Shown piece after piece: positions 10,601 through 20,299 of a DNA stretch of 25,774 nucleotides. A program made the translations under genes and the position numbers. How positions within the stretch are numbered: the first letter of the stretch is position 1; the number at the start of each line of letters is the position of its first letter. The notes under the pieces are model-generated. The model did not search any database and was not told the origin of the DNA. It was given only the letters and a program-made list of their open reading frames with translations. Origin of the DNA: Amoeboradix gromovi X-113 (Eukaryota > Fungi > Sanchytriomycota). The DNA is taken from assembly GCA_018985225.1 (NCBI GenBank), contig JADGIF010000056.1, positions 1 through 25,774 on the forward strand, given 5' to 3'.

Positions 10601-11466
10601 TGCCTGGGGATTGGAAACCGGTTGCTTACAAGACGGAAAATCAGTTTATCAAAGTAGTGTCACGAGAAAGACTACAAGTTACAATTCAAAATAGTATTTC
10701 AGCAATTGTGGGAGCTAAAATATTAAACAGTATCAAGCAGTCATTTTTGGTTCCTTTACTAGCCATTAAGCAAATTGCTTGTTCTTGTAAATCAGACTCG
10801 GATTGCTTTTCAACTGACACTGTGCCATTAATGCAATGCAGAAGTGACCCTGGTATTCCTAATGACTGTGGAGTTACCACAAATGGTAGTTCGAACAGTT
10901 CAACTGGTACTCAGACAGGATTATTAACGGCGGCTGGATTCCTTGGAGAGTCTAACCAAACCAGTTTCAAATTGGTTAAGAGATTAACTTCGTCTGCTTA
11001 TGCAGTTGTTGTTGTCAGCGGCACATTGGTGGGACAGCTTATTGGAGACGGAAAAAGCTTCAAGTTTGATTCACCAATTTCTAGTTTTGTAGGATGTTTA
11101 GATGTTAACCAGCAGATTACACAGGATGCGCAGTATACGGTTTACGATGCGGTTATGGTACTGCCAAATGGAAAACTAAGTGCACCTTTACATGCTACAA
11201 TTACTATCAATGGTCTACAAATTTGTGGAAGTTTTACAAAAGAAGGGACTTACTTTCCTATAAAGAGGATTGAGAATGATGTGCAATATCAAAAATTGGA
11301 GACATCGCTGGATAGCAAAATGATGAACACAGATATTAAGAGCATTGGCGCCTCAGACTCAACAGTTTATTTAGCAACAACCACTAATATTCAGGGACTA
11401 GGAAACTCAGGAGTACAGATGGTTTGGGGAATTACCGTAGTAGTGTTTTTGCAACTCTTTTTATAA
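7690..11466 (+). CDS. Large cysteine-rich secreted / probably GPI-anchored surface protein, 1258 aa
   Basis: Uninterrupted ORF with a short signal peptide (MIYWFNILTAYA), very Cys-rich middle, many N-x-S/T sites and a terminal hydrophobic tail after GNSG with no cytoplasmic extension. Confidence 0.85.
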   Translation: MIYWFNILTAYADNTNNESVGNNSSGTSDNGYSYQAMYGDEWYNTTEPIPYTTRPEANGPEPIKIEVRVSRNVSIGSDGDRDMQLDFAEVLIDFDQNLFVDDILTRSPIDIFSEQLFVSYGGYSQSTQPKSTSFSKNLVQLKCGERLLKPLAYDDQSNGPNPNGIYVTASVTSPFSSFLMAMNQNMIKEPAIANRFTFLVLLGFNGQVLNKFDFSSCTLKFNNPNSPFQSSQALQKRFVNIPHYIVNKDGTPITQEIQLVAGTEAQCTSSDLNKFYDLALSVIQQFEGKDITQNDFYRIPSVFQGLKANVAYASCLRYVTSLFTKRQEMINVMTSANCQYNQNDTQYLSDPCCNQQLGDTQCCAPRVRLVPFTMVDTFKDQEINKCRSPSKVQSLITSTMEMMRQQSMQSSSYDAQKEYEKYSDFFSTCNDQVYNQDCTSDSQCLSGVCADYNRKCLVPWGKDSTLLLQCYLNQMKPEIFFQIKSELRLPFSNNVTEQDLALIKSDIESKLSDFDCVGNSAYQSGGTKSCDYVQNSDGYFVQQCHPANQDKCLATKSCSLQSYPPYNEDQCNQMKQKQPNFCAKCDYGYCYNVGYPSVCQAYVQSESLCATINGTFTTNNWGYSQCTFSAQTRKDCVGDCKGDYCRSYAYTNDTTMDSCYERQQMRNNNNDSAPSFYWSNYNPDEAPRCEVYYNNNFGDSAFTNALMDGFMINIGKQFQAGFLDTSDTCTSGFCDNRRISTTNKTECENSGYCNRGCSKCVSNNYEKNKQSACIYTTTSNNCTVSSGTYEDGKCLLQGITKEECDLKSGELKTCGDYNQMQCGKDSRTEFMDCKWNQWTDCASKDECEGNGECDDYEFQSDCQMSNSCTPENDGVCLNDFSYANGYKSCPMNSQWSRTGCISKGVKRADCGGIWKKRATTKAECSAHGKGCFEKRYYQYSNKNQTECDKCNGKEVDLYRWSSGIWRNGKMVPGDWKPVAYKTENQFIKVVSRERLQVTIQNSISAIVGAKILNSIKQSFLVPLLAIKQIACSCKSDSDCFSTDTVPLMQCRSDPGIPNDCGVTTNGSSNSSTGTQTGLLTAAGFLGESNQTSFKLVKRLTSSAYAVVVVSGTLVGQLIGDGKSFKFDSPISSFVGCLDVNQQITQDAQYTVYDAVMVLPNGKLSAPLHATITINGLQICGSFTKEGTYFPIKRIENDVQYQKLETSLDSKMMNTDIKSIGASDSTVYLATTTNIQGLGNSGVQMVWGITVVVFLQLFL

Positions 11467-11676
11467 ATAAATGTTAATTGCATCATTTTAGTAGTTCTAC
11501 TTTTCCTAATTTCATTAAATTGGTGCTTTTCAGAGCGACTTTGCTAAATTGGCTCTTCAATACTAAATAGTTAAAAAGCAAATGGAACATCAAACATAAA
11601 AACTGGACTAACTTTCTGAAATAGTTTGAATCATTATTTCAGCTTTATTACTTTATGGATTTAAGAGACGAGTGGA

Positions 11677-12063
11677 CATTCACTAGTTGCGGAGTTGACG
11701 AGTATAAAAGGAAAATAAATATTCTGTACAGCTATTCTCTTACTCTTTCATCCAATCTTTATTTCAAATAAAATATCACTATTACTCTGTAAAAACTAGA
11801 ATAGATAAGAGTAATGATGTTAGTATAACATTACAAAATGACTCTAGAAATGAGTACCGTCTAAGAAAATGCACCTCTTGCTTAGAGGCTCAAAGACCTC
11901 ATATATTTGAACGAGATGCAGGATTTTTTACTTTTATTTTGAAGAGGGAATACAATCAATGAAAGAAAATTGGTATAACAGAAGATCTTTTATTAATGAT
12001 TTCCTGCGTATGGAGCACCTCCTTTAAAAACGAGTTAGTCTAGTTTTTATATTTGGTGTCCCA
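11677..12063 (+). mobile_element. Non-autonomous Fanzor1-like element, copy 1
   Basis: Direct degenerate repeat of 21629-22302. From 11801 it encodes IDKSNDVSITLQNDSRNEYRLRKCTSCLEAQRPHIFERDAG (second CxxC plus RD). Shared end TTTGGTGTCCCA. Confidence 0.7.
12011..12063 (+). ncRNA. Candidate compact omegaRNA scaffold at the Fanzor1-like right end
   Basis: A GCACC/GGTGT closing stem surrounds the hairpin TAAAAAC-gAG-ttagt-CTa-GTTTTTA (12025-12049). Conserved at 22252-22302. Confidence 0.4.
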
Positions 12064-12504
12064 CATACTACGGGATGTGATCCAAGCGAATCCGTCAAGT
12101 ATTGAGAGTTCCACATTAAATCTAAAAATCGTAGCGATTTTGTATTATTTTCTTAAAGTAGTGCTAAATTGAAAAACAGAACGATAGGTGTTAATGAACA
12201 GATTCGCGTTAGTGTTTATAAGCAGTTCTTAGTAGTCTAATTCGGTGCTCTTCACTTGGAGTATATTCGCATAGAACACGCAATATAAATCACTTTACCA
12301 CTCGTTAAATAGTGCTGAAGTTACTGTTAGCACCACTTGTCAACATTTTAATCCAATAATCTTCAGGTAGTCAAGTACACCTTGTAGCAATAATATCTCA
12401 TCTGGATTTGATAGTTATTTTTTATCAATCGGTTGTTGGCACTTGAGAGCCAATCATCATAATTGCCATTGTTGCTTAAAGCAACTCGAGCGCGTTTAGA
12501 TAAT

Positions 12505-13605
12505 ATGTTCACTCTACTCTTCAGCCTAGTTACGTCTACATCTGATGACTGCCCTGACTTGATAAGTTTCGCTTATGGTTTGAATATGCATATAAAGCAA
12601 CCCGCTGTCATGGCGAGTCTACTGGTGGATTGCTGCGTATATGCCAAGACCAAGGTCGTGTGCTCAGCAGATACCAACAGAGTGACCGGATTTGACTGGT
12701 ACAGAATGTCGCTAAACGGAACCATGAATGGGACTGCTATTCCATCTGCGATGACTGGAATATACTTGTATCAAAACACCTTGACAGGATCACTACCAGT
12801 CCTTCCTTCATCATTAGTAAGCATAAACATTTACGGTAATCGTTTGAATGGTACCATTATGTCTCCACTACCTGTGAGCATGCAGGGATTCTCTATTTCA
12901 AACAACTACTTAGTTGGCGGCTTGCCGAATCCCTTACCTCCAAAACTTCAAGAATTGGCTGTACAAGTGAATAAACTATCAGGTCTGGTTCCTCCTTTAC
13001 CAACCTCGTTGACAATTTTAGATTTGGGCAATAACAAGTTCTCCGGAATAGTAGAGATGCTAAAACCCACGACTTTGAATGTAAATGATAACTTCATCAC
13101 AAACGTTATCATTCAGAATTTCAACTCACTCAACCTCTTATTAACTAGCTGTGATATATCAAACAATCCTCTTTTGGAGCACTTCAATGATACCAACTTA
13201 CAAAGATGCACCAAAAACGACTTGTACAGCATTAACGACTTGCCTGTAACTATTAGCAGTTCCTTAGGGCTTGCAACTTCTACTAGCAAATTTACGACAT
13301 TTAACTTCAAATCCACTTTTATTCAGAAACCTAATCCTCAAACCACTGTCAAAACTTCTTCAGTATATCTTTCCAGTACCGAGAATGTCAAGTATGTGGG
13401 CTTATTAACTATAAACCCGCTAATCCGTTTTTCTAAATTGAGTGTACTAGAGTGGGTAGGAATAGTTATAAAATGGATTATTGGCATTGTCTGTATCCGA
13501 ACAATTATAAGTTATACTCCGTTCAAAAGAGAATGGAAAAACTACTCCTCCAGGCAACACCAAGCTTCTACAAGCAGCGGCTTTTCTATTTCAGTGGTTC
13601 GATAA
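12505..13605 (+). CDS. LRR receptor-like membrane protein 1
   Basis: Signal peptide, Cys-containing N-cap (DC..CC..C..RVT..W), plant-type LRRs (LxxNxLxGxLP), Ser/Thr stalk, one TM and a short tail with TPFKREW. ATG 12505 is preferred over TTG 12463. Confidence 0.85.
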   Translation: MFTLLFSLVTSTSDDCPDLISFAYGLNMHIKQPAVMASLLVDCCVYAKTKVVCSADTNRVTGFDWYRMSLNGTMNGTAIPSAMTGIYLYQNTLTGSLPVLPSSLVSINIYGNRLNGTIMSPLPVSMQGFSISNNYLVGGLPNPLPPKLQELAVQVNKLSGLVPPLPTSLTILDLGNNKFSGIVEMLKPTTLNVNDNFITNVIIQNFNSLNLLLTSCDISNNPLLEHFNDTNLQRCTKNDLYSINDLPVTISSSLGLATSTSKFTTFNFKSTFIQKPNPQTTVKTSSVYLSSTENVKYVGLLTINPLIRFSKLSVLEWVGIVIKWIIGIVCIRTIISYTPFKREWKNYSSRQHQASTSSGFSISVVR

Positions 13606-13655
13606 TAAACATCTTACAAATCAAAATTTGAGCAGTATGGGTTTTAAATAATAAT

Positions 13656-15389
13656 TTATTTTGTGTCGCTGCTTCCTGAACTCTCATCAATCAATCCCTT
13701 CAATTCTTGCAACGAATCTCTGGACATCATTTCATCCATTAATGCTTGTGAATTGTGAACTTGCAACATGTCCTCATTAGTTTCTGCACTTATTCTGGGT
13801 CCTCCCCAACTTCTTGTATTAAATGTGTAGATTCCATAAATATAAATCAAAGTATAAACAAAAGAGTTAACTAGACACATCAATGGGAACACAACAATCA
13901 TGGACCAAAATCTATATCTAATGCTATAAAATATTAAAATTATCCACTGAGCGATAAAAGGTAATGAGAAGAAAAGCAATACTTTGAATCCTGACTGATA
14001 GCCAGAACCATAACTTAAAGCAAATATAACCACAGTAACCGCAATAAATCGACTGCAATATTCCAATACTTTCCATAACAACAAGAATGGGATTCTCTGC
14101 CACAGATCAATCGAAATGATCATCCATGCTTCGTTGGCAACAGCACCCAGCAACCATCGCCTGCGTTGTTTCAGCAATGATTTTAGATCACCAACTGCTC
14201 GAGTAGAGGCGTGTGCATGAATGCACATACCGTTAGCAAATGAGTCGTAGTTCTGCATTAGCAAATGGGTCAAATATCTATCTTCACCTAGATGAAAACG
14301 GTGATAGTCCATCGCAGTGTCTTGCTTTAAATCACTGAAATAAATCTTACCAACACGTCGAAATGCGCCGTATCTAACCATAGTCAACGCTCCTGGCAAA
14401 CAAGTAACACCACCCAAAGAACTTTCCATAACACGAACTACCATTTGACCCTGCATGTACTCTGCGTTTTGATAATGCTGCAAAGGATCCCACCAATGTT
14501 TACTAAAACAGCTAATGTAGCCAGTTATGGCCTTTCTTCTTGCGTCTCTACTCATCATAGAAGCCATGTTATGCATCGCAAACTTGTCTAAGACAATGTC
14601 ACTATCTACCAGTAATATATGATGGTCATTCAGCATATCATCTGCGCCAACATTTCTCTCTCTGATAATCTCCCAAGCAGATTTTTGAGCGATTCTCTTG
14701 CCTCCATGGACTGATCGAGTTACAATCATTTCGTTTCCGTTATTCACTTGAAAAACTAAGCTTCTAGGCATATCTTGACATAAAGGAACCTTGAACTCTT
14801 TCAATAATGCTAAATAAAGGATGCTGATCTCTTCGCTGTCAAAAGTGCAGTACAAACTAATTTGGCCTTCAAACTTGCTATTAATGATGCTATATACCGC
14901 AGCAAGCAAATCATTAATATCCTCATTGTATATAGGCATAATTACACTGATTTTAGGCGCATATCCTTCCATTTTGGTTTTTCTACGCCATCCTTTTTGA
15001 TGGAAGAAAACCAAAAAAGTACAAATAACAGGAAGAACACCAAAAAATGTGTATGTTATAAACACAATATAAAATGACTGTTCTTTTAAGAAATATGGCA
15101 TTTTGAGAGTATACTCTATAGGAAGCAAGGCGTACACAATAGGAATATACATTACTCTAATGTAAATAAATAGAATAATTAAAAACAAAGACGGAATTCT
15201 GTGCTTAACATTTCCTAAAAACACCAACTTCACCGGCACTAACGTAAATATGGCAGTAAAAGATATGAATTCCACAACACCATATGCGATAATAATCCAG
15301 CTCACTATTTGCAGCCACAGTGGAGGAACATCTGATGTTCTCTCTGAAGATCCAATAAACTGGGACACAATATCGGGAAGATCACTCAT
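13656..15389 (-). CDS. chs: Chitin synthase (GT2), short form resembling class VI/ChsD
   Basis: DSD, VTCLPG, LGEDRYLT and QRRRW motifs, with N- and C-terminal TM segments. The class is a tentative call from QRRRWLLG..NE and the length. ATG 15389 is preferred over GTG 15473. Confidence 0.9.
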   Translation of the reverse strand: MSDLPDIVSQFIGSSERTSDVPPLWLQIVSWIIIAYGVVEFISFTAIFTLVPVKLVFLGNVKHRIPSLFLIILFIYIRVMYIPIVYALLPIEYTLKMPYFLKEQSFYIVFITYTFFGVLPVICTFLVFFHQKGWRRKTKMEGYAPKISVIMPIYNEDINDLLAAVYSIINSKFEGQISLYCTFDSEEISILYLALLKEFKVPLCQDMPRSLVFQVNNGNEMIVTRSVHGGKRIAQKSAWEIIRERNVGADDMLNDHHILLVDSDIVLDKFAMHNMASMMSRDARRKAITGYISCFSKHWWDPLQHYQNAEYMQGQMVVRVMESSLGGVTCLPGALTMVRYGAFRRVGKIYFSDLKQDTAMDYHRFHLGEDRYLTHLLMQNYDSFANGMCIHAHASTRAVGDLKSLLKQRRRWLLGAVANEAWMIISIDLWQRIPFLLLWKVLEYCSRFIAVTVVIFALSYGSGYQSGFKVLLFFSLPFIAQWIILIFYSIRYRFWSMIVVFPLMCLVNSFVYTLIYIYGIYTFNTRSWGGPRISAETNEDMLQVHNSQALMDEMMSRDSLQELKGLIDESSGSSDTK

Positions 15390-15488
15390 GAAATGAAATG
15401 CGTATTGAGGGGTTACTTTGGTAAAACACTTGGATTCTGTGTGTGTATTTGATAGGGTAAGCATTTGCATCACGGAGATGGATAAAAC

Positions 15489-15641
15489 ATGGAAAGCGAG
15501 CAGTTAATTACTATCATTGTGGGATGCGTGATAGTGTTAGCATTGATAGGACTAGTAGCCATCTGCCCGTTAATAAATAAAGTCAAAAATAGAAATAGAT
15601 TGAAAATTAACGCGGATTTAGCTCCTGTCGTACACGACTAG
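15489..15641 (+). CDS. 50-aa single-pass membrane microprotein
   Basis: MESEQLITIIVGCVIVLALIGLVAICPLINKVKNRNRLKINADLAPVVHD*. It has a TM followed by a basic stretch, AAAC-ATG context and AATAAA about 11 nt after the stop. Confidence 0.6.
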   Translation: MESEQLITIIVGCVIVLALIGLVAICPLINKVKNRNRLKINADLAPVVHD

Positions 15642-15726
15642 TGATAAGTTTAAATAAAATGATTATGCTTAACAAACTGCTTAAATTTTGAAGCTAATTT
15701 TTAAAACTGTAATTTATTAACTTAAA

Positions 15727-16263
15727 TCATAGTGTTTCGATTGTTGAATTAGAATTTTTTAGTTTTAACTTTGAACTAACATGCCTCAAAATCATAAGAG
15801 AGTGCTTTTTCACTAAACTTTGTTGATCAGGTGAAGTTGGAGAAGGAGCATCAATAAACTTTGAGCTTCTTGTCTTTCTTAGTTTGAAATACACGGGACA
15901 GCCAAAAAGCATTAATATAAGCAAAACACCAATTATTATTCCAACCAGAGCAATTCCTACTTGCGCTGAATTAGTGGGACTCAACACGTCTTTATACCCA
16001 TAATCTGAGCATAATTTCTCGTTGGTCTCCGGGCAATTGTGGCATATATCCTTTGTAGTGTTGAACCCACAGTCTATTTTAGTTATAGGGGCCTGAGGTT
16101 TACAGTCGCCAAACTCCGCCTGGCAACCACTACCACAATGTAAGCGACTAATTCCACAATATCCGGTTGCAGAACAACAGTAATTATTGGGACACCTTGC
16201 CTCTTTCTTGTTAATTGTTCCACAGCGTCCATCCTTTGCAAATGCTAGTGCAAGGTAGATCAT
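15727..16263 (-). CDS. Hevein/CBM18 chitin-binding type I membrane protein 1
   Basis: RCG..CPNNYCCSATGYCG....CGSGCQAEFGDC, then a second 4-Cys module and a TM ending GCPVYFK. Confidence 0.9.
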   Translation of the reverse strand: MIYLALAFAKDGRCGTINKKEARCPNNYCCSATGYCGISRLHCGSGCQAEFGDCKPQAPITKIDCGFNTTKDICHNCPETNEKLCSDYGYKDVLSPTNSAQVGIALVGIIIGVLLILMLFGCPVYFKLRKTRSSKFIDAPSPTSPDQQSLVKKHSLMILRHVSSKLKLKNSNSTIETL

Positions 16264-16744
16264 ACGTAAATACTCCTAAAGGAGATTTGTACAACGCCCA
16301 TTTGCCCTCCTGCAACAACTGTTACCTGAAATGAGGTTTCAACATTTAATGCGAAGCGGTATTAAGTACCAAAAAGCTTCAATTATGTAGACGAAATCTA
16401 AATCATTCTTGTTCTTTTTTCGCCATTAGCTGTAGTGTAAAATTCGGTATGCTAGTTATAATTTTATGCTGCCGCCAATGTTTTGCAGATAATCTTGTAA
16501 GACTGGCACATTATAGCTATAATTTGTGTTCTTATTCATGCAAATTCCAAATAAGAGCAAGACATAAGCTCTGAGTAAGAGAAGAATGAGCAGCGGACAA
16601 ACGCAAATGATGCGAAAGGAACATTGTTTATGTTCCTAATTTTTGCGAATACTGATGTTATCAAGTAGTGATTGGCAAATTCACGTGCGGATTATAATTT
16701 CATAATGTTAGTAGCTACATAACACGGAGAAAGCCATTGTTGAG

Positions 16745-17254
16745 ATGATATTTCAGCGATGTGGGATTATTACCAGCAACACAACTTGCAATGAAGGCTA
16801 CTGCTGTTCAGAATATGGCTTTTGTGGCAAAGATAGTTCGTATTGCGGAGCTGGTTGCCAACTTGAATTTGGAACGTGTGGCGAAATTGATACGAAAAAC
16901 AATACCAAAGTAGACTTGAAGTGTGCTTATACAGAATTAAAAGATATTTGTCAAAACTGTGAGGCCCCAAACCAGGAACTGTGTGCACGTTATGGTTATG
17001 ACCAAAGTAGCAAATATGGCACTATCAAAATTGGTATAGCCACACTTGGAATTACTATTGGCGTAATGTTGCTAATTATGATGATTGGATGCCCATTGTA
17101 TTTTAAGTGGACAAAGCGAAAAGGTTTTAATTCGCTGTCAAGGTCATTATCAAGAAAAACTACGAAAACCATTAAGCATGAACTTACTTATCTAAACCTG
17201 GTCGGTAATAGAAGATCAGTAATCGATTCTAAGAATCCACTAGAGAAAATTTAA
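16745..17254 (+). CDS. Hevein/CBM18 chitin-binding membrane protein 2 (paralogue of 15727-16263)
   Basis: CNEGYCCSEYGFCG....CGAGCQLEFGTC, the same 4-Cys module (KDICQNC..LC..YGY) and a TM ending GCPLYFK. No clear signal peptide, so the start is uncertain. Confidence 0.85.
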   Translation: MIFQRCGIITSNTTCNEGYCCSEYGFCGKDSSYCGAGCQLEFGTCGEIDTKNNTKVDLKCAYTELKDICQNCEAPNQELCARYGYDQSSKYGTIKIGIATLGITIGVMLLIMMIGCPLYFKWTKRKGFNSLSRSLSRKTTKTIKHELTYLNLVGNRRSVIDSKNPLEKI

Positions 17255-18577
17255 ATCAATAAATATTTTAGATGAAATCTCATTTCATATATAAAACTCT
17301 TCTTAGCAAATGGGCCAAGCACTATGAAAAGCAGACTGAGTGGGAAGGTCAAGGCATAACATGAGGAAATAAGTAACTGATTTGTTAGATATCATGATTG
17401 GAAAAAAGGACTCAAACTATATTGTGCAAGTCTTTTCAGACGCTCACAACGTCCTGAAACTACTATTAACTTCGGCCGTTTAAGAAGAGCAGATCTAATT
17501 TACAAAGGTCCGGGGTTAAATAAAGCACATCACTACGAATATCAAATATGATGGTACAGAGGAAACAAGATATGAGAATCTGATGAAAGAGTTTCACTAT
17601 GTAGCTGCAAGCTATCGCGGCATTGTTAGGGTTAATCCGGGACTTTAACAAGAGGTTGATCTATGCACTAGGAAGGAAAGCATCACTTTGACTTAACGAT
17701 ATAATGCTGCCGAATTATGACGCAGCTGCAATGGGAATGACGAGACTTGTGTAAACATTCGCGTTCAAAGAGCCTTTGGCTACGCTAGTATACCAAATAT
17801 GGCTTAGCAGTGGAAGGAAATGTAATTTGGAGCACCAACGATCCCGAAGTCTTATGATGCATGTTAAAAGATGGTGAAAGACCGAGCGAGCAGTATGTGC
17901 ATGACTATGCAGCCATGTCTTTTATTCTTTAGGTGGTTAATAAGCATTTACCGTGGGTGCCAGCTATTAAAACTATCAGGGATCATCATATGGGACCCAA
18001 CTTCAGAAAATGTCCGCAATCTAAGTTGGAGGACCTTCTGCAAAGTCTCAACCGATAACAATTTCCATGTTCTGTCTTGATGTTTGTAGTGCTTTTCCTG
18101 TATCATGTTTTCTGCTCTTTGCGATGGACTCTTTTTCCTGGTTTTCATATCTTTGTTGTGCTGGGCATGATATATTGACGATAATGGGTAACCTAGTGTG
18201 GTTTCTAGGTGTTCCTCCTACTTTAAAGTGACGACATTTTTTCTGAAATAGCTCTCATAAAACGAAAGAACAAAGACATATTTATGGACCCATATAGGTT
18301 AAAATGATAATGAAAGAGATCCATTGGTGCTCCAGCAAGGGAGGATTTAATTTAAGTATAAATTGTTCTTCATGCACCGATGGTGATAATTTATTAATCT
18401 GTTGCGGTTATAACGAGTAGTTGATTTGCAATGAAAGTCCAGGTAGCAAAAAAATTGAAGGAACTATGCTTTTTGAGCATTACTATTTTGTTTAATGATA
18501 TTCTATCCAAATTGATGGGCAAAGTTTTGATTGCGCGTATCTATCTCTGTGCTTCCGAAGGATCAAACACGTTGAAA

Positions 18578-18733
18578 ATGTCCAACAGCAGAAATGTAGC
18601 CACTCCAAATAATGCTAAAAGCAAAACCAACACTAAGAAGCAAAACCGAAATAGAGAACCTGTTAAGACCACTGAAGAATTAGATAGAGAAATGGAAGAA
18701 TTTATGAACGCTGACGTAAAAAAACCAGAATAA
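18578..18733 (+). CDS. 51-aa basic microprotein ending in a Yra1/ALYREF/CHTOP-like UAP56-binding motif
   Basis: MSNSRN...REPVKTTEELDREMEEFMN resembles KTxEELDxEMxxY/F. AAA-ATG context and AATAAA overlapping the stop. The ORF is open upstream to 18431. Confidence 0.6.
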   Translation: MSNSRNVATPNNAKSKTNTKKQNRNREPVKTTEELDREMEEFMNADVKKPE

Positions 18734-19380
18734 ATCTATTAGATATCCACTCTAGCTATTTGGCCATAGCGCTTTCCTTGCTAATCTTTTGTTCTATGAA
18801 ATTACTTTTAATTATTCTTTATTTAACGCATGGAATCAGTTCTAGGGAGAGATGATGTAAAGTAGTTAGTGCACAAATCCCCATTGACGATCAACCAATT
18901 TGATTCATAAAGAAGGAAGTCTACACTTACTAATACGTCTCGTACGGAAAGGCGAAGAGGTGATGGTTTTAAGGAAGATGAATTGCTAGATGATCTTACT
19001 AAATAAAGTCGTTCTTCGTACATTGTCTACAGTCTTGAAGATCTTAGTCATAAATGAGAGCTCTTCAGAGTTCAAGGAACGATGCATCATGCTGCTTTAT
19101 GGTCGTATTTGTTTTTAATTGCTTATTTGAATCGTATAATTTGATCTTTGATCCAATAGGCGGACTCGGTAGAAATGAGTGCTGTTTAAGATTCTTATCT
19201 AATGACATTTCATTGTCAACCATTCCATAAAGTCTTTTGGCTCACTAAAAAGCTGTATTCAATGAACCTACATGATCTTTATGGGCTAAAGCCACACAAA
19301 AACCAGCACAACTTTGGAGAATCAAGTATCAACACTTCTTGTAAGAATTGTTGGCCATAACATAATGATGAGCCTGCTTG

Positions 19381-19826
19381 TTTAGAGCACGCATTCAAGA
19401 AAATACGCTGGAACATGAACTAGATGGATTGATTAATGGGCTAAAAGGTGTTCAACCAAGTCAAGATCGATTACATCATTTCAATAAACAACTGGTATCG
19501 TTTCACCAGATGCATCGCCGTTAAGATACTCTCCGTGTTCAAAATTTGGTGTAGGGTAAATTGGTATTAGTTGTTTTCTTGAATGTTTTGGTAACAATTT
19601 GGAGTGGGAACAGCCTTTGAATAAGAAAACTGTATTCAATAATGTTACCGCCATGGTGACTGATAAATACTCATGCCATGCTAGTTATTGTAAAGAAGTG
19701 AAAGGTGCTTATAGAGCAGCCAAGAGATTCATGACGATTGAAGATCTACTATCAAAAGAAAAGAACAGTTCTAATTGGAACCATGCACGAAGAAGACGAA
19801 TTGTTTTTATTATCAGAAATGCTTGA
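19381..19826 (+). pseudogene. Degraded coding remnant, possibly paralogous to the 3033-4184 protein
   Basis: RIQENTLEHELDGLI aligns by eye to KIEENAVAGIIEGLI. DKY..HASYCKEV...AAK aligns to GKYYAEFIKEL...EAK. Multiple stops and frameshifts. Confidence 0.3.
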
Positions 19827-20299
19827 ACCAGTGACGATTTACGCGATATGAATTATAGCAAAAGATCAAGGTTGAGGTGGTTAATATTCTTGAGATGGTG
19901 ACAAGGCTCACGTTGAATGATGTGATGCAGATTAAAATAGATTTCTATTTCTCCAGTTCTCAAAATGAGGACAAGTAATCATTTTACCTGAAGATGCACA
20001 TGCAAGAGATGTTATAGATAGTGTGAGCATTAAATATACAAGAAGTAGTCCAAAATCACAAGGACATCTGAGTCAGACTCCTTGACCACAGATATGGATC
20101 AGAATGTCAGTTTCATATCAGAGATGTATTTATCAGTTATACATCATAGAATGTTTATGAATCAAATCGTCCTCGAAAAGATGATCTCGATATAGGAGCT
20201 CACCGTTCCGATGGAATACTATATAACGTATATTTTAAAATTAGGCCAATCTGACACAATTCAGTGTTGCTCGCGAAATTTTAATTGAGCCATTCTCTG

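Noticed and set aside
16711-16729. 19-nt intron extending hevein protein 2 to MLKAIVEMIFQRCG
   Set aside because: It is in frame, but the acceptor is GAG, the donor differs from the two well-supported introns, and the product is still not a good signal peptide.
17281-18420. Gene interrupted by micro-introns or read with a reassigned stop codon
   Set aside because: All three stop types interrupt the frames and also terminate conserved genes here. I found no consistent GT-AG solution. Probably degraded sequence.
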